Below are positions 1 through 14,063 of a stretch of DNA of 64,000 nt, one piece after another. The DNA is from Mobula birostris. Taxonomy: Eukaryota. Location: positions 50,512,777 through 50,576,776 of the forward strand of contig NC_092390.1 of the NCBI RefSeq assembly GCF_030028105.1. The letters are read 5' to 3'. The notes beneath the pieces were generated by a model. The model was not told where the DNA came from. It worked only from the letters and a program-made list of their open reading frames with translations, and made no database searches. Both the position numbers and the translations under genes were made by a program. Each line of letters begins with the position of its first letter. Within the stretch, counting starts at the first letter, position 1.

Positions 1-2660
1 AGGCTGTAATTTGTCCTGTCTAGGAAGAAACAAGGTTGAGAGGAGGTGTGGGAAATAGATGAGATACAGTCAAGGGCTCTGTTCTTTATGGTTGAGGTGA
101 AGTTACATTTCAGGAAGAAGGCATGTGTGGAAGATGTCACCATTAGAACAAATACAACAGAGATGGACAAACTTGGAGAATGGACTCCTTCCTAGATGTA
201 GCGTGGGAAGAACTATATTGAAGAACGGAATGGGAGCCTACAGGCTTGTACGGATGTTTGTGGCTGGTCTTTCCTCTGAGTAACTGAAAGATCCAGAAAG
301 AAGAGCTGGACCATGTGAATATGCCAACTGAGTGGAAATGCCACTTTGAATTCTTCCCATATAATATTCAACATTCATAGGTTAGTTACCATTTTCATCT
401 CTCTTTCCCATTTCTGTTTTTATTTCTGTCAAATAGAGTCCTAATGCATACTTCAATTGTATTGAAGTTCACCAACAGCTCAGCTTATACTTGCTGTAAC
501 CCATCATGCATTGCTGCAATCACGATTCCTATTATGCGGCTGCTGCATGGATCCTTCAAGCATTTATATCAAGTCTGAAAGATGTTCCAAAAATGAGTGG
601 CACACTTATTAGGCATCCTTACTAGCACATCTACCTCAACATGAGTCTCTTGCCACTCATATCCCTAATTGGATTGCTATTTTTACGAGAAGAAAACTAC
701 AAATAAAAAATATTAAATCTAATTTACAGCTAAAACTCAATATGTATGCATGTTTGGGAATGGTAAAGTGTACCACAGGGGTTCCTATGTCATTATTAAG
801 CACAAATGTAGAAAGATAGCTTTGTTTACCAAGAGATTTCTAATGGACTGAACTCTTGTTAAACATTACCAGTTGCAATAAAATGTTTCATTACAAGCAA
901 ATTGTTGGTTGCAAAAATAACACCATGCCTCCAAAAGATAATGAAGCCATTGAGCTTAATAGATGTTTGTGCTGGAAAACACATCAGACTCCATTCAGGG
1001 CAGCAAACGAAAGTGTATGACTTGACAAGTCTTCTTAATGAGAATGATGATCAGTTTCTTTAGCACTATTTATCTTTACTAATTGTGGTTAGTGTGAATT
1101 ATCAATTACAGTTAGAGGTAATTGCCCTTCATACAGAAAGCTTTTTTAGTTCATTCAGGGCCATTAATGTAATGCTACAATTAACGGTCACATTTACATT
1201 ACCAATATATCTCCATTGTTCTAAATTGTAAAGTAATTTCATTTTTCACAGGAGAGCCTCTCATAATTTACTGATGCAATTGACTGAATAAGTAGAGAGA
1301 CTGCCATGGGGCTAATCAGTGATAATGAATTATCATTTGACCTTGTAAAGGTAATGCACAACACATGCTCTCTTCAGATAACTAGAGATGACATCTGCTG
1401 CAACTTTGACTTCAGTAAAGTTTGTGCTCCAATAGGGAATTAAAGGCAGCTAAATATTTCAAATATATAACATTCTACCGGGCTTATGCCAGGGTATTTT
1501 TCCTCTTTTCATCAAATAGGTAAAAGAACAAAATATCTGATAAAGCATAAAATTAAAAAGATAATCTGTATTTTTACTACTGAGAGATTTGAGAGGGCAG
1601 GTTGGCCCATCAGGTGAAACCCAACATTCAACTAATTTCTCCCTCGGCTAAAGGCTATTTTAAAATATTTTCCATCAATACGAACCCTATAGTATAAACA
1701 TGCCAACCTTCTGCACTGCAGGTCACGAGGCTCTGAAAGAAAATATTTCCATATGATAACAGAGACCATTGGAACGTGGAAGAAAACCAAGCACCTGGGA
1801 GAAATCCACGTAGTCATAAGCAGAGTCTACAAACTCCATGCAGACAACACCAGAGTTCAGAATTGAACTGGATGCTTGAGTTGTGTGATACCTTGATGCA
1901 GGACAAAAGGTAATAATTACTTTTAAATTAGAAAACAATTAACTTTACAATGCTGTATATTACATTAATCATGAAGCAATGTAATCATTTACATTACCTG
2001 CATTAATTGCAAAATACTTGAATATTAAGCATTCAAGTAGTTTATGAAATTATGAATACTATTTCCAGCTTTTAGCATGGTTCATCTTCAAGTTGGAACT
2101 ATACCACTTTGCTTCTATCAGTCTCACAAATTAAAAAGCAAGTAGGCCCTTGAATTAATTTTCAGTTACTATAATAGCTACAGCTAAATTAGTGTATATA
2201 TGAATCTGACATTTCTTTCCCAGTTATGTCAATGATTGAAATACTCTACAAAGTGTCCATAAACAACTGGTCAGTCATCTTTGAAAGGTGCATTTTAAAG
2301 CAATATGTATAGCCGAAATTATGTAATGTTTTGCCAACTCAGAGTTTTGTTGTAAGATTGGTTTGGGTTTTCTTCCCCTCCTTCTAATTATTACAATAAA
2401 AAACTGCAAAATCTGAGGCATGTTTATGGACAGAGACCACAGCTCAAGGAAGTTCAAATAGTAGGGCAAAAACCAAGTGAACACAAAATTTTCAAGATTG
2501 GGATTCAGATTTATTTATCACATACAGTGAAATGGGCCATTTACGTTAACAATCAACACAACCCAAGGATCTGCTGGAGGCAGCTCCAAATACTGCCCAC
2601 ACATTCTGCCACCAGCATAGCATGGCCACAATGTCCACCAGAACAACAGCAGAACATCCA

Positions 2661-2666
2661 TACACA

Positions 2667-2719
<53 letters not shown>
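2661..2719. repeat. (CG)n(CA)n microsatellite
   Basis: Direct reading. Confidence 0.95.
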
Positions 2720-2721
<2 letters not shown>

Positions 2722-5700
2722 CAGGCCACCTCTGTGCCTCCAGCCTCATGGACATTGAGCCTCCAACTTTTCCAGGGCTTCGGCCATTGGGCCTCAACAT
2801 CCAGACTTCCGACTGACATTCAGGCTTTAAGCTTCGGTATTGCCATGACTCGACGATGACAGGATGCCAGACTACAGGCCTTGAACTCCAGACTCACTAG
2901 CTTGCATATCCAAGGGGTCACCAGGCCCTCATGCCTCCTGCCTGCACAGATCTCTGATCCTGCAGATCCAGCAGGGGACTCACTGATCTCAGCAGGGCTA
3001 AGGGGTGCACCAACCCTCATCCTTGCTAGACTTTGTCCACAATACTTACCAGCTTGGCATCCATCCATGCATGTCCTTTGTCCATGTCATCGCCGGCCTT
3101 TGAATGCGGATCACCTTTTCTCGTCATGCAAGGCAAATTTTGCTACAGGTTGCAAAATGTTAGAAGATTAGCCATGGAACAAAGTGCAAAATAATGGATA
3201 TTGTTGTTTTAAAAACGCAGCAAAAAGTAATGAGCAGGTTGAAGTTTAATTCGTATTTACTTGCCAGGTTGTTAATTTGAAACCTGGAATGAACTACCAG
3301 GTCATGGGCATTTAAGTCTCATGAATTTGTAATCTCAAGAATTACAAATTATAATTTAAAGTTGTCCCCAAGCTCATTTGAGAAAGAAATCTTACTAACA
3401 GAAAAAAAAAATCAACTATTAGATTCATATCAAAGATTTAGGGACTCTTCATCTCATGTTCTCAATATTTATTGCTCATATATTTATTATTCTTTATTTT
3501 ATTATTTGCAGAGTGTGTTGTCTTTTGCACACTGGATAAATGCCCAAGTTAGTGCAGATTTCCATTGATCCTATTATGGTTATTATTCTATTATGGATTT
3601 ATTGAGTATGCCCACAAAAAAATGAATCTCAGGATTGTATATGGTGACATATATGTACTTTGATAATAAAATTACTTTGAAATTTAGTGGGAAAAAGTAA
3701 TTTTGGAAATTTGAAGAAGCTCTTTCTGCAATTGATTTTATTAAACATGGGTTCAGATTTCTTCCCCATTGTTTGGTTTCTACAGGCCACAATGGAAAAC
3801 CCAGACCCAGAACTACTTCAGGCTGTAATGGCAGGTTAAGTTTGAAATACGTAGTGGGGAAAAATAGTATATTTTTCAATAAACCATGACTGTCATGAGC
3901 AAGGAGTGGATTATATTCATGCCTCCTATCTTTATTATACACAATAGAACAGGTGAAGTAAAATGGCAGTCGCAGGTCATGGGACAGAGTGAACCAGGGA
4001 AAGGGTGCAAATCACCTTGTGGAGCTGGTTTAAGTTTTTACGTGAAGCAAGGCTGTAATTGGTAGCAGAGAGTCGATTGGTACCAGTGGGATGTTGGTCA
4101 TTGTAACAAGATGGAGGGTGAGGGTAACGGACAGTTCTGGAGCTTGAGGAACAACAAATGAGAGTGGGAATTGCTTTATTTAAAGTGAGTCAACCTAAAT
4201 GAAATTCCCAGTATTGAATTCAACAGGCTGGGAGACCTGAAGGCCTGCTTCTGAATCATCCACAGGACAGACATGCACCAATGTCATGGTGGAGAGGCTT
4301 GTGAATTCCTGAGATCCCAAAAGCAAAGGCATCTGGAACTTGGGTCCTGGTAGGGTCACCCATAATGGCAAGGTCAAAGAGAGGTTCCAGACAAAGAGCA
4401 ATCCGACCAAGACCTCAACAGCAGAGCTGGTGGAAGGTGATGATGACACATTACAATAGCAGTGAAGGTGGAGGACAGCTGCAACAGTGAAAGATCTCTA
4501 GTTATCTTGCCTTCCATACCACTGTATCCTTACCGGATCTGTCAAGAACTGTGTGGTGGTTGCCTATGCATCAGCCTCCCCATGTTAAACAAAGTCACAC
4601 ACACATGTTCTACATTAAGAGAATCCACCCAACATCCTAGGGTAAGTAACCCACCAATAGACAGCCCCTTAGAAGAATATCATACTTGACTTGAGTGATC
4701 GCACTACTACATTCGCATTACAATCTTTCATAAAAGTTTCAAAGTGCAAATGGTTTGAGAACTAATTTGGTTATGAAATGAACATTTACCTTAGTCAAAT
4801 TTCTGAATGGATAATTTTCCTTTCCTTTAAGTTTTCTATACAGAATTGATTTCTTATCTTAGCTGATCGGATAACTGATGATGATTTCCTATCCTGGCAG
4901 AAGGGATAACTGAGAATCCCGATGCCATGGCCCAACCATGTTACTCTATAAATAGGAAAATTCTAGAAATAATTGATGGACAATGTACAAATATGCATTC
5001 ACTGTTGACTAGCTGTCCTCATCTTCCCAAGGCTGACTCAGATTTAAGAGAGTAAGCAAACACAAAGTGACCTAGTCTATCTGAAATCATATTTGATGCA
5101 GCGTGCTAATCTATTGAAATGCTGTAAAACATGCTTACACAGATCCTCGACATTACAAGATGAAATTCTGACCTGTCAAAGGAGTTAAAAGTTGGTTGAA
5201 GATCAGGAGCTTAGCCACTATAGGGCTGCTTTGAACTGACCTTTACCTCGCCCTAACAGGTCAACGGTCTGATGATGTCCCACAATGCAATTACTGAGTG
5301 TCAGATGTGCAACTCCTTACAAATCACCCAGAATTCTACACATCTGCTGGCTGTCAGCATCTGCCAGGCTCAGTCATGTGCAAATAATGAAAAGCATTTG
5401 TTATTGCCCCAGAACAGGTAAGCATTATGACAATTAATGTACATCCCAAGTGACCTTGTATAAATCTAAATTCCAATGACCCCTTTAAGCCACGGATATG
5501 TGGATGTTGAAAGTGATCTACATCAGTGAATGAGGTTTGAAATTCATTCATTCACCTTTCAGATGCAAGCTGAAAAAAGATATTCAGAGTTTTTACTTGA
5601 TGTAAAAACAGCAACCAAAAATTGAAATATTTATCTTACCAGCACTGTGCTTAGCATAAATTTCAGAATAAAATTGCTTAAAAATGTCAAGACCAACTCG

Positions 5701-7072
5701 AATTGGGACACTACCTTCTGCTAGTGGATAGGTCAGAAACTTTTACTATACTAAAGACAAGCACAAAACATTCACAGTGAAAAGGGTGGATTTAAGTTCA
5801 TGCTGCTGGCTTGAAATTTTTCCTTTGCCTGCAAGGATCTTGCTGAAATCAGTTCGTTATGGGTTTAGGATAAACTTATACCCATTTTGCCAATCTAATT
5901 CAAAAATTTTGCAGAGTAATTGGGTAGAAATGGGAATAAGTCACAGCAAAGACAGATTCAATAAAGAGGTAGGCTACAGGGAGCTGTCTTCAGTTATGTC
6001 TCTTTTGGCAATATTTAATTCAAAACACAGTTCAGATAGAGGAAAAAGTATAAAATTCCTTTAAAGATCTCAGCTAACATTTCCTATTTTGTAGAACAAA
6101 ACAAACTCAGAGATTGCTTTTCAAATTGAGCATTTTTGATTTTCATCTCCACATGCTTTCCGCAGCAACAAGAAAGCAAGCTTGCATTTATATATGAGAA
6201 TATCCTCAGACACGTCAGTGCAGTAGTGTCAATCCAAATTTAAAACTGAGCCACATCAGGGCAGATGACTTTGAACTTAAACAGGGTTTAAAAGGTTTCC
6301 TAAGGAACAATAAAGAGGCTCAAAGGTCTGGGGATAGGAGGATTCCAGAACTCCAGCTGCAAGGACAATTGTAAAAGTTGAAATGAATAAATTCAGAAAA
6401 CAAAATTCGACAAGAATAGATGTAGAACTTTGTGAAAGTCTTAAGGGTACTGCAGATATAGGGAGGGGAATTTGAACACAAGAATTTTTTAATTAATCGG
6501 TTGCTGGAGTAAGAGTCAGTATAGACAAGGTAGCAGAGGGTGAGATGAATGAACATGAACTTCACGTTGATATGGGCTAAGACAGAAGTAAAAATCTTGT
6601 ATGGTGACAGAGGAAATTGTGTCAGACGCCGATCTAGAGTGCCCAAAATTCTAACTACAAGATGATTTACAATCAGGTTATACATCATATTAAATCTAGC
6701 TTTCCTTGGCACTATTATAGGAAACTGAGGCTTCCACAATCATTTGTATAGCAAATTCCATATGACCTTGAAGACTAAGCACAGCAGAAGAGCCAATCTC
6801 TAGGCTGACTTGCAAGGAGACTGTCATCCATGCCCAGTGAAATGTCCTCTGCTCTGGCACAGATCCAAAGCATAACAGTCTGGATTTTGAAATTTAATTT
6901 GATATCAACTAATGAAATCAATTTTCAATTAAAAAATCAGGTTTGTACTTAATGAGTGAAAAGTGGAGGAATTACATTTCTACAATTAATTTCCAAATAT
7001 ATCTCCTCCACACCTCATAACACAAATGAGCTTTAGGTTATTGAGATTACAGATTTTCCTTTTCCAACCAAA

Positions 7073-7373
7073 CTTATTTATTTATATTTAGTTATTTATT
7101 GAGATACAGCACAGAATAGGCCCTTCCGGCACTTTGAGTCGTATCAACCAGCAATCCCGATTTAATCTGAGCCTAATCACGGGACAATTTACAATGACCA
7201 TTTAACCTACCAAACGGTACATCTTTGGACTGTGGGAGGACACCAAAGCACTCAGAGGAAACCCATGTAGTTATGGGGAGAACATACAAACTACTTATAG
7301 GCAGTAGCGGGAATTGAACCCAGGTCACCTCTACTGCAAAGCATTGTGCTAACCACTACGCTACTGCGCCACC
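7073..7373 (-). mobile_element. V-SINE (tRNA head + V domain)
   Basis: Minus-strand A/B boxes, V domain (plus strand gaggaaacccatg..ggggagaacatacaaact) and (taaa)n tail. Sister copies at 55535 and 44911. Confidence 0.8.
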
Positions 7374-7804
7374 ATCAGTTTTTGTACTGATGTACTCCAT
7401 CAGTTTCCTTCTCATCACCTATTTGATGATATCTATTGCAGGCTTTTTCTACTTCCCTCATGGTTCACTTTTGTAGTTGTTTTTCTAACATTAGCAAACT
7501 TGGATATGTTACACTTGTGTTTTCATCTATGCCATTAAAATAACTCTGAATGGCTGAGGCCCTATTATTCCTGAGGCACTAGACATGTAAGAAATATGTC
7601 AACGGTGAGGGGCATTGTTTTAGAATCCTGAAGAGGGATGTTAGGGTCATTCCAGTGAAGATTTCTAGCTTGATGGAAAATATGGTATTACTTTGATTTT
7701 AAAACATTGGAAGTCAGCCAAAGAACATCCCTCATTCTTTTGGTCCAAGGTAGTTTTGTTGCCCAGTGAACCACTGGACATTTGGGTATCAACAATTTTT
7801 GCTA

Positions 7805-9393
7805 CAGTGCCTTGTAAAAGCATCCAGTCCCCAGCCCTTTGTTCACATAAATGAGTATTATAACCAGTGATTTTAATCCATTTAACAGAGAATTTTTATT
7901 TGTGAATCACATGCTCCTTTTTTCCAAAATAGAAAATTTTAATACATGAAAAACAAAAAAATTCAAAAACTATAAATGTCAGCAGTTCAAAAGTATTCAT
8001 TCCCCTTTGCTCAGTACATAGATGAACCATCTCTTGCAGCTATTACAGCCAATAGTCTTTTTGGATAAGTCTCTATTAGCTTTGCACAATGTGACGGAGG
8101 AAGATTTGCCCATTTCTTCTTGCAAAATTGCTCAAGTGTGCCAGGTTAGTTGGGGAGCAGCGGTGGACAGCAATCTTGAGGTCTTTTCAGATATGTTTGA
8201 TCGGGTTAAAGGTAGGACTCTGGGCCACTCAAGAACATCACTTTTCTTCATTTGAAGGCACTCTGTGGTTGCTCAGGCAAGATACGTTGGGTCATTGTTC
8301 TAGTGAAAGATGAACTTCCTCCCCCATTAAGATTTTTGGCAGAGACAAGCAGGTTTTTATTCAGGATCTCTCTGAATTTAAGCAGCATTCATCTTTCCAT
8401 CAATCCTGACCAGATTTCCAGTCCCTGCTGCTGAAAAAGATCCCCATTATGCTACCTCCACCATACTTTACAGTAGGGATGGTGTTATTTGGCTGATGCG
8501 TATTATTAGATTTATGCCACAAGTACCACTTAGTGTCGAGGCTAAGAAGTTCCACTTTAGCCTCATCTGACCACAAGACCTTCTTCCACATTTTTGCAAT
8601 ATTTTCTAAGTGATGCTTTGCAAAGCCTTTATGGGCAAGGATATGCTTATTTTTAAAGCCAGAGCTTCTTCCTCGCACTCTTCCATAAATACCCTTTTTT
8701 GTTCAAAGACTTGTGGAGCCATGAACTTCAGATGCAGCCACTGACTTCTGTAGAGTGACTGTTGGCGCCATAGTAGCCTCTCTTACAAGTGCCATTCTTC
8801 TTTGGCAACAAAGTTCAGAGGGCGGCTTGACCTAAACAGTGTAGCTGTGGTTTCCTATTTTTTTCCCCAATGTTTCACGATGGACTGCACTGAGCTCAAA
8901 GGCATGTTCAGTGCCTTTAGATGGTCTTGTACCATTCCCCAGTTTTATGCTTCTCTACTACCATTTCCCTGACTTACTTTAAATGCTCTTTTGTCTTCAT
9001 TTTGGTTTGGTTTGTTGAAAATCTACCATACTGTTGGACCTCACAGAGAGCGGAGTTATTTATTCTTATGAATTCATTGAAAACAGATGATCCTCCAATT
9101 TTCTACATCAACGTATTGGGAGAGTTGGAAAGGTAATATACAGTATTACACCTGAGGAAAGTTAGCATAGCAATTACAAAGGGGATGAATTCTTTTTCAG
9201 CTTCACAATTTTGGATTTTAATTTTTAGCAAATTGTTCACAGGGTTTGGAATTTCTCTTTTTATTTGACAATGATGTACAACTTTTTGTAGATTAGCTCA
9301 AAAAAAAACCTACTTCAATATATTTTAAATTTAGAAAATGAGACAGTAAAATGTGAAAATAGTTGTGGGGCTGAATACTTTTTCAAGGTACTA
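7805..9393 (-). mobile_element. Tc1/mariner DNA transposon, full length, decayed transposase
   Basis: TA-flanked TIRs (cagtgccttgtaaaag... / ...ctttttcaaggtacta). Minus ORF 8400-8678 contains WKKVLWSDEAKVEL and TIPTVKYGGGSIM, which are Tc1 DDE motifs. Confidence 0.9.
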
Positions 9394-9864
9394 TAAAATG
9401 TTAGATGTAATAGCAACACTATCACCCTAAAATAACAATTGTCATTCACAATACAAAGCATGATAAATAAATTATATGCCATCGAATTATGCAGTTTTAA
9501 TGAGAAAACATTTTTCTATCCAAAGTAAAAATCAACTTTTGCAAAATGGTATCCAGAAACATTAGTGGCTTATGGTGCATTGCATATCTGACTCATGGTA
9601 GCTGATGTTACAAAGTGTAAATGTTTCCACTTTCTAATTGCTGGCATTCCACACACATAAAGCAAAAATACCTGCACACCCTTGCGAAGCATGACATTCA
9701 ATCTGTACACTCCTTGTCAGTCTAGGGCCATTAGTGTTTTGACCCAATTTCATAATTGAGGTGCAAGGTAAGAGTGTGTGAGTAGGGTAACTGGGTAGTC
9801 ACAAAGGTCTCCAAGTTTGAAAACTGTTAAATGTTGAAAATTAACATAATGGGAATTTAATATA

Positions 9865-11588
9865 TAGTGGATTCTGGTTAACTGGGCCATCAGTTATTCA
9901 GGGAAGTTGCTTATCTAGAACAACTCTTAAAGAACAAAAACTATTTGAGAAAATAGCCAGGATCATCTTAATTTATTTGGGACACTATGCCACTTAAGCA
10001 GGACAGGAGATTGTTGCCGAACAGTTTCTAACTACCGTCAGTCGTGTGCACTTGTGTGGCCGTTAGGCACTACACCATGCTTAGAGTGAACAGTATTTAA
10101 AAAGCATCAGTTGCACGTGTTTGTGTTCAAAAAGCAGTAATTTTTGTCACTGGTAGTTGGCAAGCAAAAAGCAGTGGACTATTCAGAACTGTTTTGCTCA
10201 CTGCAGTTTTAAGCATTTTGGCCTGGAGATGCCAGAAACAGCCTGGAGTGAAACTAAAATAATTTCAGAACTTCAACAAATTAGGAACTACGAAAAATTT
10301 GAAGGTATAGACAATCATTTTGAATGTTACAATGAAAAGGAAAATTTGGAAGATGCAATCATCATAAGCATTGTATGAAGGCAGTCCATAATCTGCACTA
10401 GCTGTCTGTGGTAATTTTGTTCATTGAGAGTCAATCAAAACAGCATGGCAGTATACACCGATGAATTGCTCCATCGATAATTATTAGGAACTATTAGCGT
10501 TTTATTGTACTGTAGTGGTATTATAGAGCCTCCCCCTCCTGTTAAGGCATAGGTATCGACTTACCCAGCAGCGGCAGATTCACCTGCCTGGACAGCATCA
10601 CTCAGCGCAATCGTAAACACAAAATAATCTGCAGATGATGAAGGGTTCCAGCCTGAAACATCGACCGATCTTTTCCACGGATGCTGCCCGACCTGCTGAG
10701 TTCCTCCAGCGTGTTGTAAGTGTCACTCAGCACAATGGTGGAACCAAGGACAGCACCCAGTGCAGACTCAGCAAAGCTAAAAATGTCTTCAGATCAATAA
10801 TCAGCATATGGAGATCAGACAAGTACCAGAGCTGTGTTCTGTCCACACTCTTGTACAGGCCAGAATGCTGGTGCATGATAGAGAGTGACCTTGCCAAGCT
10901 GTCACCACTTCACGCCACGAGCCTCCAGAAGATCCTCGGTATCTTCTGGCCAAGAAGGATCTCCAACCATGCCTTACTCCTTCAGTGTCATCAAGGGGAC
11001 ATGGCCACAATCACCATGAGGAACCACTGGTAATAGATTGGACACATGTTGAGAAGAGAGGCCAACTCCATCATCAAAACAGCTCTTCACTGGATCCCTG
11101 AAGGGCAGAGGAACTGTGGGAGACCAAAGATGACTTGGAGCCATACCACAGAGGCAGACATGAGGATCCTGAACCATAATAGAGAAGATGGTAAGGACAG
11201 AGATGGAAGACCTTCATTGCTGCTCTAAGCACCAGCAGCGTAACAGGCAGTAAGTAAGTGGTTTGGTAGTGGAAAAGGATCTAATGCTTTGCTTTCCAGG
11301 TGCGTAAGACGAATAAACTCTTCCTGGGCTTCCAGCGGGTACAGGTATCGATTATAACCAATGTTTCGATGACAAACTCTGCTATCTTCACCAGGGATAA
11401 AGAACCCTGGACTAGATATGCCCAGGGGTAGCATTCTAATTTCTTCTATATTTTATTTAAATACTTAATTTGTCACTCAGTTAAACTGTAGTTTGTTTTT
11501 TTTATATATCTTCCTAATTTTTTCCATGAAACTTCAGTTAATTGGGCAGCCACTTAATGTACGGGTCCTGATGTGTCCTAATAACTGT
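9865..11588 (+). mobile_element. Tigger/pogo-like non-autonomous DNA transposon with nested insertions (~10525-11430)
   Basis: Same family as 35686-36416. ORF 10157 TIQNCFAHCSF resembles the Tigger transposase C-terminal motif. Interrupted by PLE and RTE pieces. Confidence 0.7.
10730..11255 (+). mobile_element. RTE-clade LINE 3' fragment
   Basis: VLSTLLYRPECW..LQKILGIFWPRRISN and GQRNCGRPKMTW motifs; (taag)n tail. Confidence 0.75.
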
Positions 11589-13846
11589 ACCTGGATCAAA
11601 TGCAGCATTTTCTGACAAGTGAGGAGCTTGAACTGAAAGGAGAAAAACAAGTCTACTGAAATGCAAAGTCATAAAACTGCAATTTCACAAAAGATTAAGT
11701 AGAGGAATGGAAATTTTAGTTGCAAAGACATTAGACTATCATCAAAATATGCAACAATAACATAGAAGGCAAACAAAATCTTTGGATATACAACTCAAAG
11801 CAAATGGAAAGTGATAGCTGGCCTGTACAATCCAATAGTTCTCACTGCCTTGTTGTACATGGCCCTGTGATGCATACCTAGGGAGCAAGCAATTTGGACA
11901 CCTGAAGAAAGCACAAAAAGATCAGCTGACAAACAGCAACTGAGCATCTGAGCCATATGGAAGTACTAAAAGCACTCAGGATGCCCACATTTAGAAAAAA
12001 ATATCCAGTTAATTAAAGTGATAAAACATAGAAGATCTTCAGTGAAAAGAATGGACTCCTGAATTATAATGAGACAAAGGGATGGATTATAATTTTGAGA
12101 TTAAAAAATAAGTACCAAGTTAAAATACAAATGTGTTTTCTAAGGGAGGGAAATGCAACAGAATTAGCAGACATAAAGCGACTGGTCAACCGAAAGCAAT
12201 CAGAAGTGTATGAACTACATAGAACTGATACAGTTCACACTCCAATACAGAAGAGATGGTGTGGAATGAGGAGGAAGGGATTATTGTATAAATTGTGCAG
12301 ACCATTCCCAGGTAACAAGTTCTGCTTTTACAGATATCCATTCATCAATTTTGACCATAAAATCAGAAAATACTCAAAGTCACTCAATATGAAACCACAT
12401 CTCCACTAATGGCATCAAAATCACTTATGACTGATAAGAAGAGGGGGGAGGAGAGAGAGTGGGGAGAGTGAGGGGCGAAAGAAAAAAAAATTGTCAAACT
12501 TCTGAATTAGATAATATTATGGGAGCTCACTCTATGAAAGGATGTCCATTAAGTCAGGTAATTTTAACTCAGGAGCAGACCTGACTTATGGAAACCCCTA
12601 ATGGGTAGGTGCTCCCAGTGGCTTGCGTGAATACTTTCAGAAACATTCCTCCCTGACCTGATATTGCCAAAGGCTCCTTTGCCTCTACAGTTAGCATTAA
12701 TAATGTGTGGAGCTTGAGGGGAAATTGGCCATAGAGTTTAAACTAGCTAACAGTTTCGACAAGCTTCAACTGACAACAGCCAAAACAGGCAGATGCCCAA
12801 GTGTGCACATTTATCAGTTCTTAGATCTGCTGTCATCATTGTTTTTGAAGAGAGTTGGATGTGTAAGAAATTCGGGAAGGAAGTACAAGTGCACAGTTAT
12901 TCTTTCTAACCATTAACACATAAAGATTCTATGGCACAGAGCTAGTCAACTAGGGGAGTGTGAGGATAGAGAACTCAGGGAAGCTGATGATGTTCCAAAG
13001 GAATTTTTTTCCTCATCCACCCAATGGTTTCTGCTGTTGCCTATTATGGCTCTCAGCTGGTCGTTAATAGCCAGTAGCATTCCCATTCCGAATCTTCAAT
13101 TAATCCCAAGATTGGATATCTCGCCCACACCAAAAAACATCAAACTCATTTATTAATTCCTCTGCCACATAGACATTATCCTTCCTATAATCAGTAACCA
13201 AACATCTACCAAGGGTGGAAAATTAACCCTAAAGAATACAAAGATTTGGAAGGGCACTGATGAGCATAACAAAGTACATTTTCTTCATAAACGTTAAATC
13301 ACTGGAGCAGTTGGTCACGTAATTAAAACAGTACAACAAATACACTTCATAAAACAATTCCTTGCAATGGAAAATACTTTCATCAAGAAGCTACAGTATG
13401 ACCATTTGACTTTTATAAGCAAGTTGTTATTCATTTAATGGATAATGTAAATTTAATTCTTGTATAAAAAGGCTGGTTCCACTCTTATTTGGGGAAAAGC
13501 CAGTTTCTGATTACGTAATACACATAATTACATGAAATGTCTGCATTTCTTGTCTTTAATGATGTTATAGTTAAATGAAGAATGCAATCAAGAAAGATGA
13601 TTCCGATTAACTTCTTTTAAGACACAAAAATTGTTTATATACAGGAAGGAGTCTTACACTGCATTAAGGGAATGACTGACAAACTGCATGAAAGAATAAA
13701 GAGGTTTTTGGATCCTATTAATATGGAAAGTAGACCAAATGGAGGAAGTTGAAAATCTTTGCAAAGGTGGTCTACAACAAGCAACTGGAAACTCAGGGTC
13801 ACCTTTGAGGAATGAACAGAGATATTCTGTTAAGTAATCATCCATA

Positions 13847-14063
13847 AGGATGAGAAAATCTGCAGATATTGGTGATCCAAAGGAACACACACAAAATGCT
13901 GGAGGAACTCAGCAGGCCAGGCCTATGGAAAAAAGTAAACAGTTGATGATTTGGGCCGAGACCCTTCTTCAGGACTGAGAAGGGTCTTGGTCCAAAATGT
14001 TGGCTGTTTATTCTTTTCCGTAGATGCTGCCTGGCCTGCTGAGTTCCTCCACCATTTTGTGTG
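13847..14063. mobile_element. Short fold-back Penelope pLTR-derived element, older subfamily
   Basis: Inverted arms (cacacaaaatgctggaggaactcagcaggccaggc / gcctggcctgctgagttcctccaccattttgtgtg). Perfect 11-bp TSD aatcatccata. Degenerate minus-strand HHR at 13941-13976. Confidence 0.8.

Noticed and set aside
2518-2859. Overlapping ORFs rich in HT/CV repeats
   Set aside because: Translation of the (CA)n microsatellite.
3786-3834. Plus-strand micro-exon-like segment (ctacag|GCCACAATGGAAAAC...GGCAG|gttaag; MENPDPELLQAVMA)
   Set aside because: Weak donor, no partner exons, no recognisable protein, and antisense to LHPP; such patterns arise by chance.
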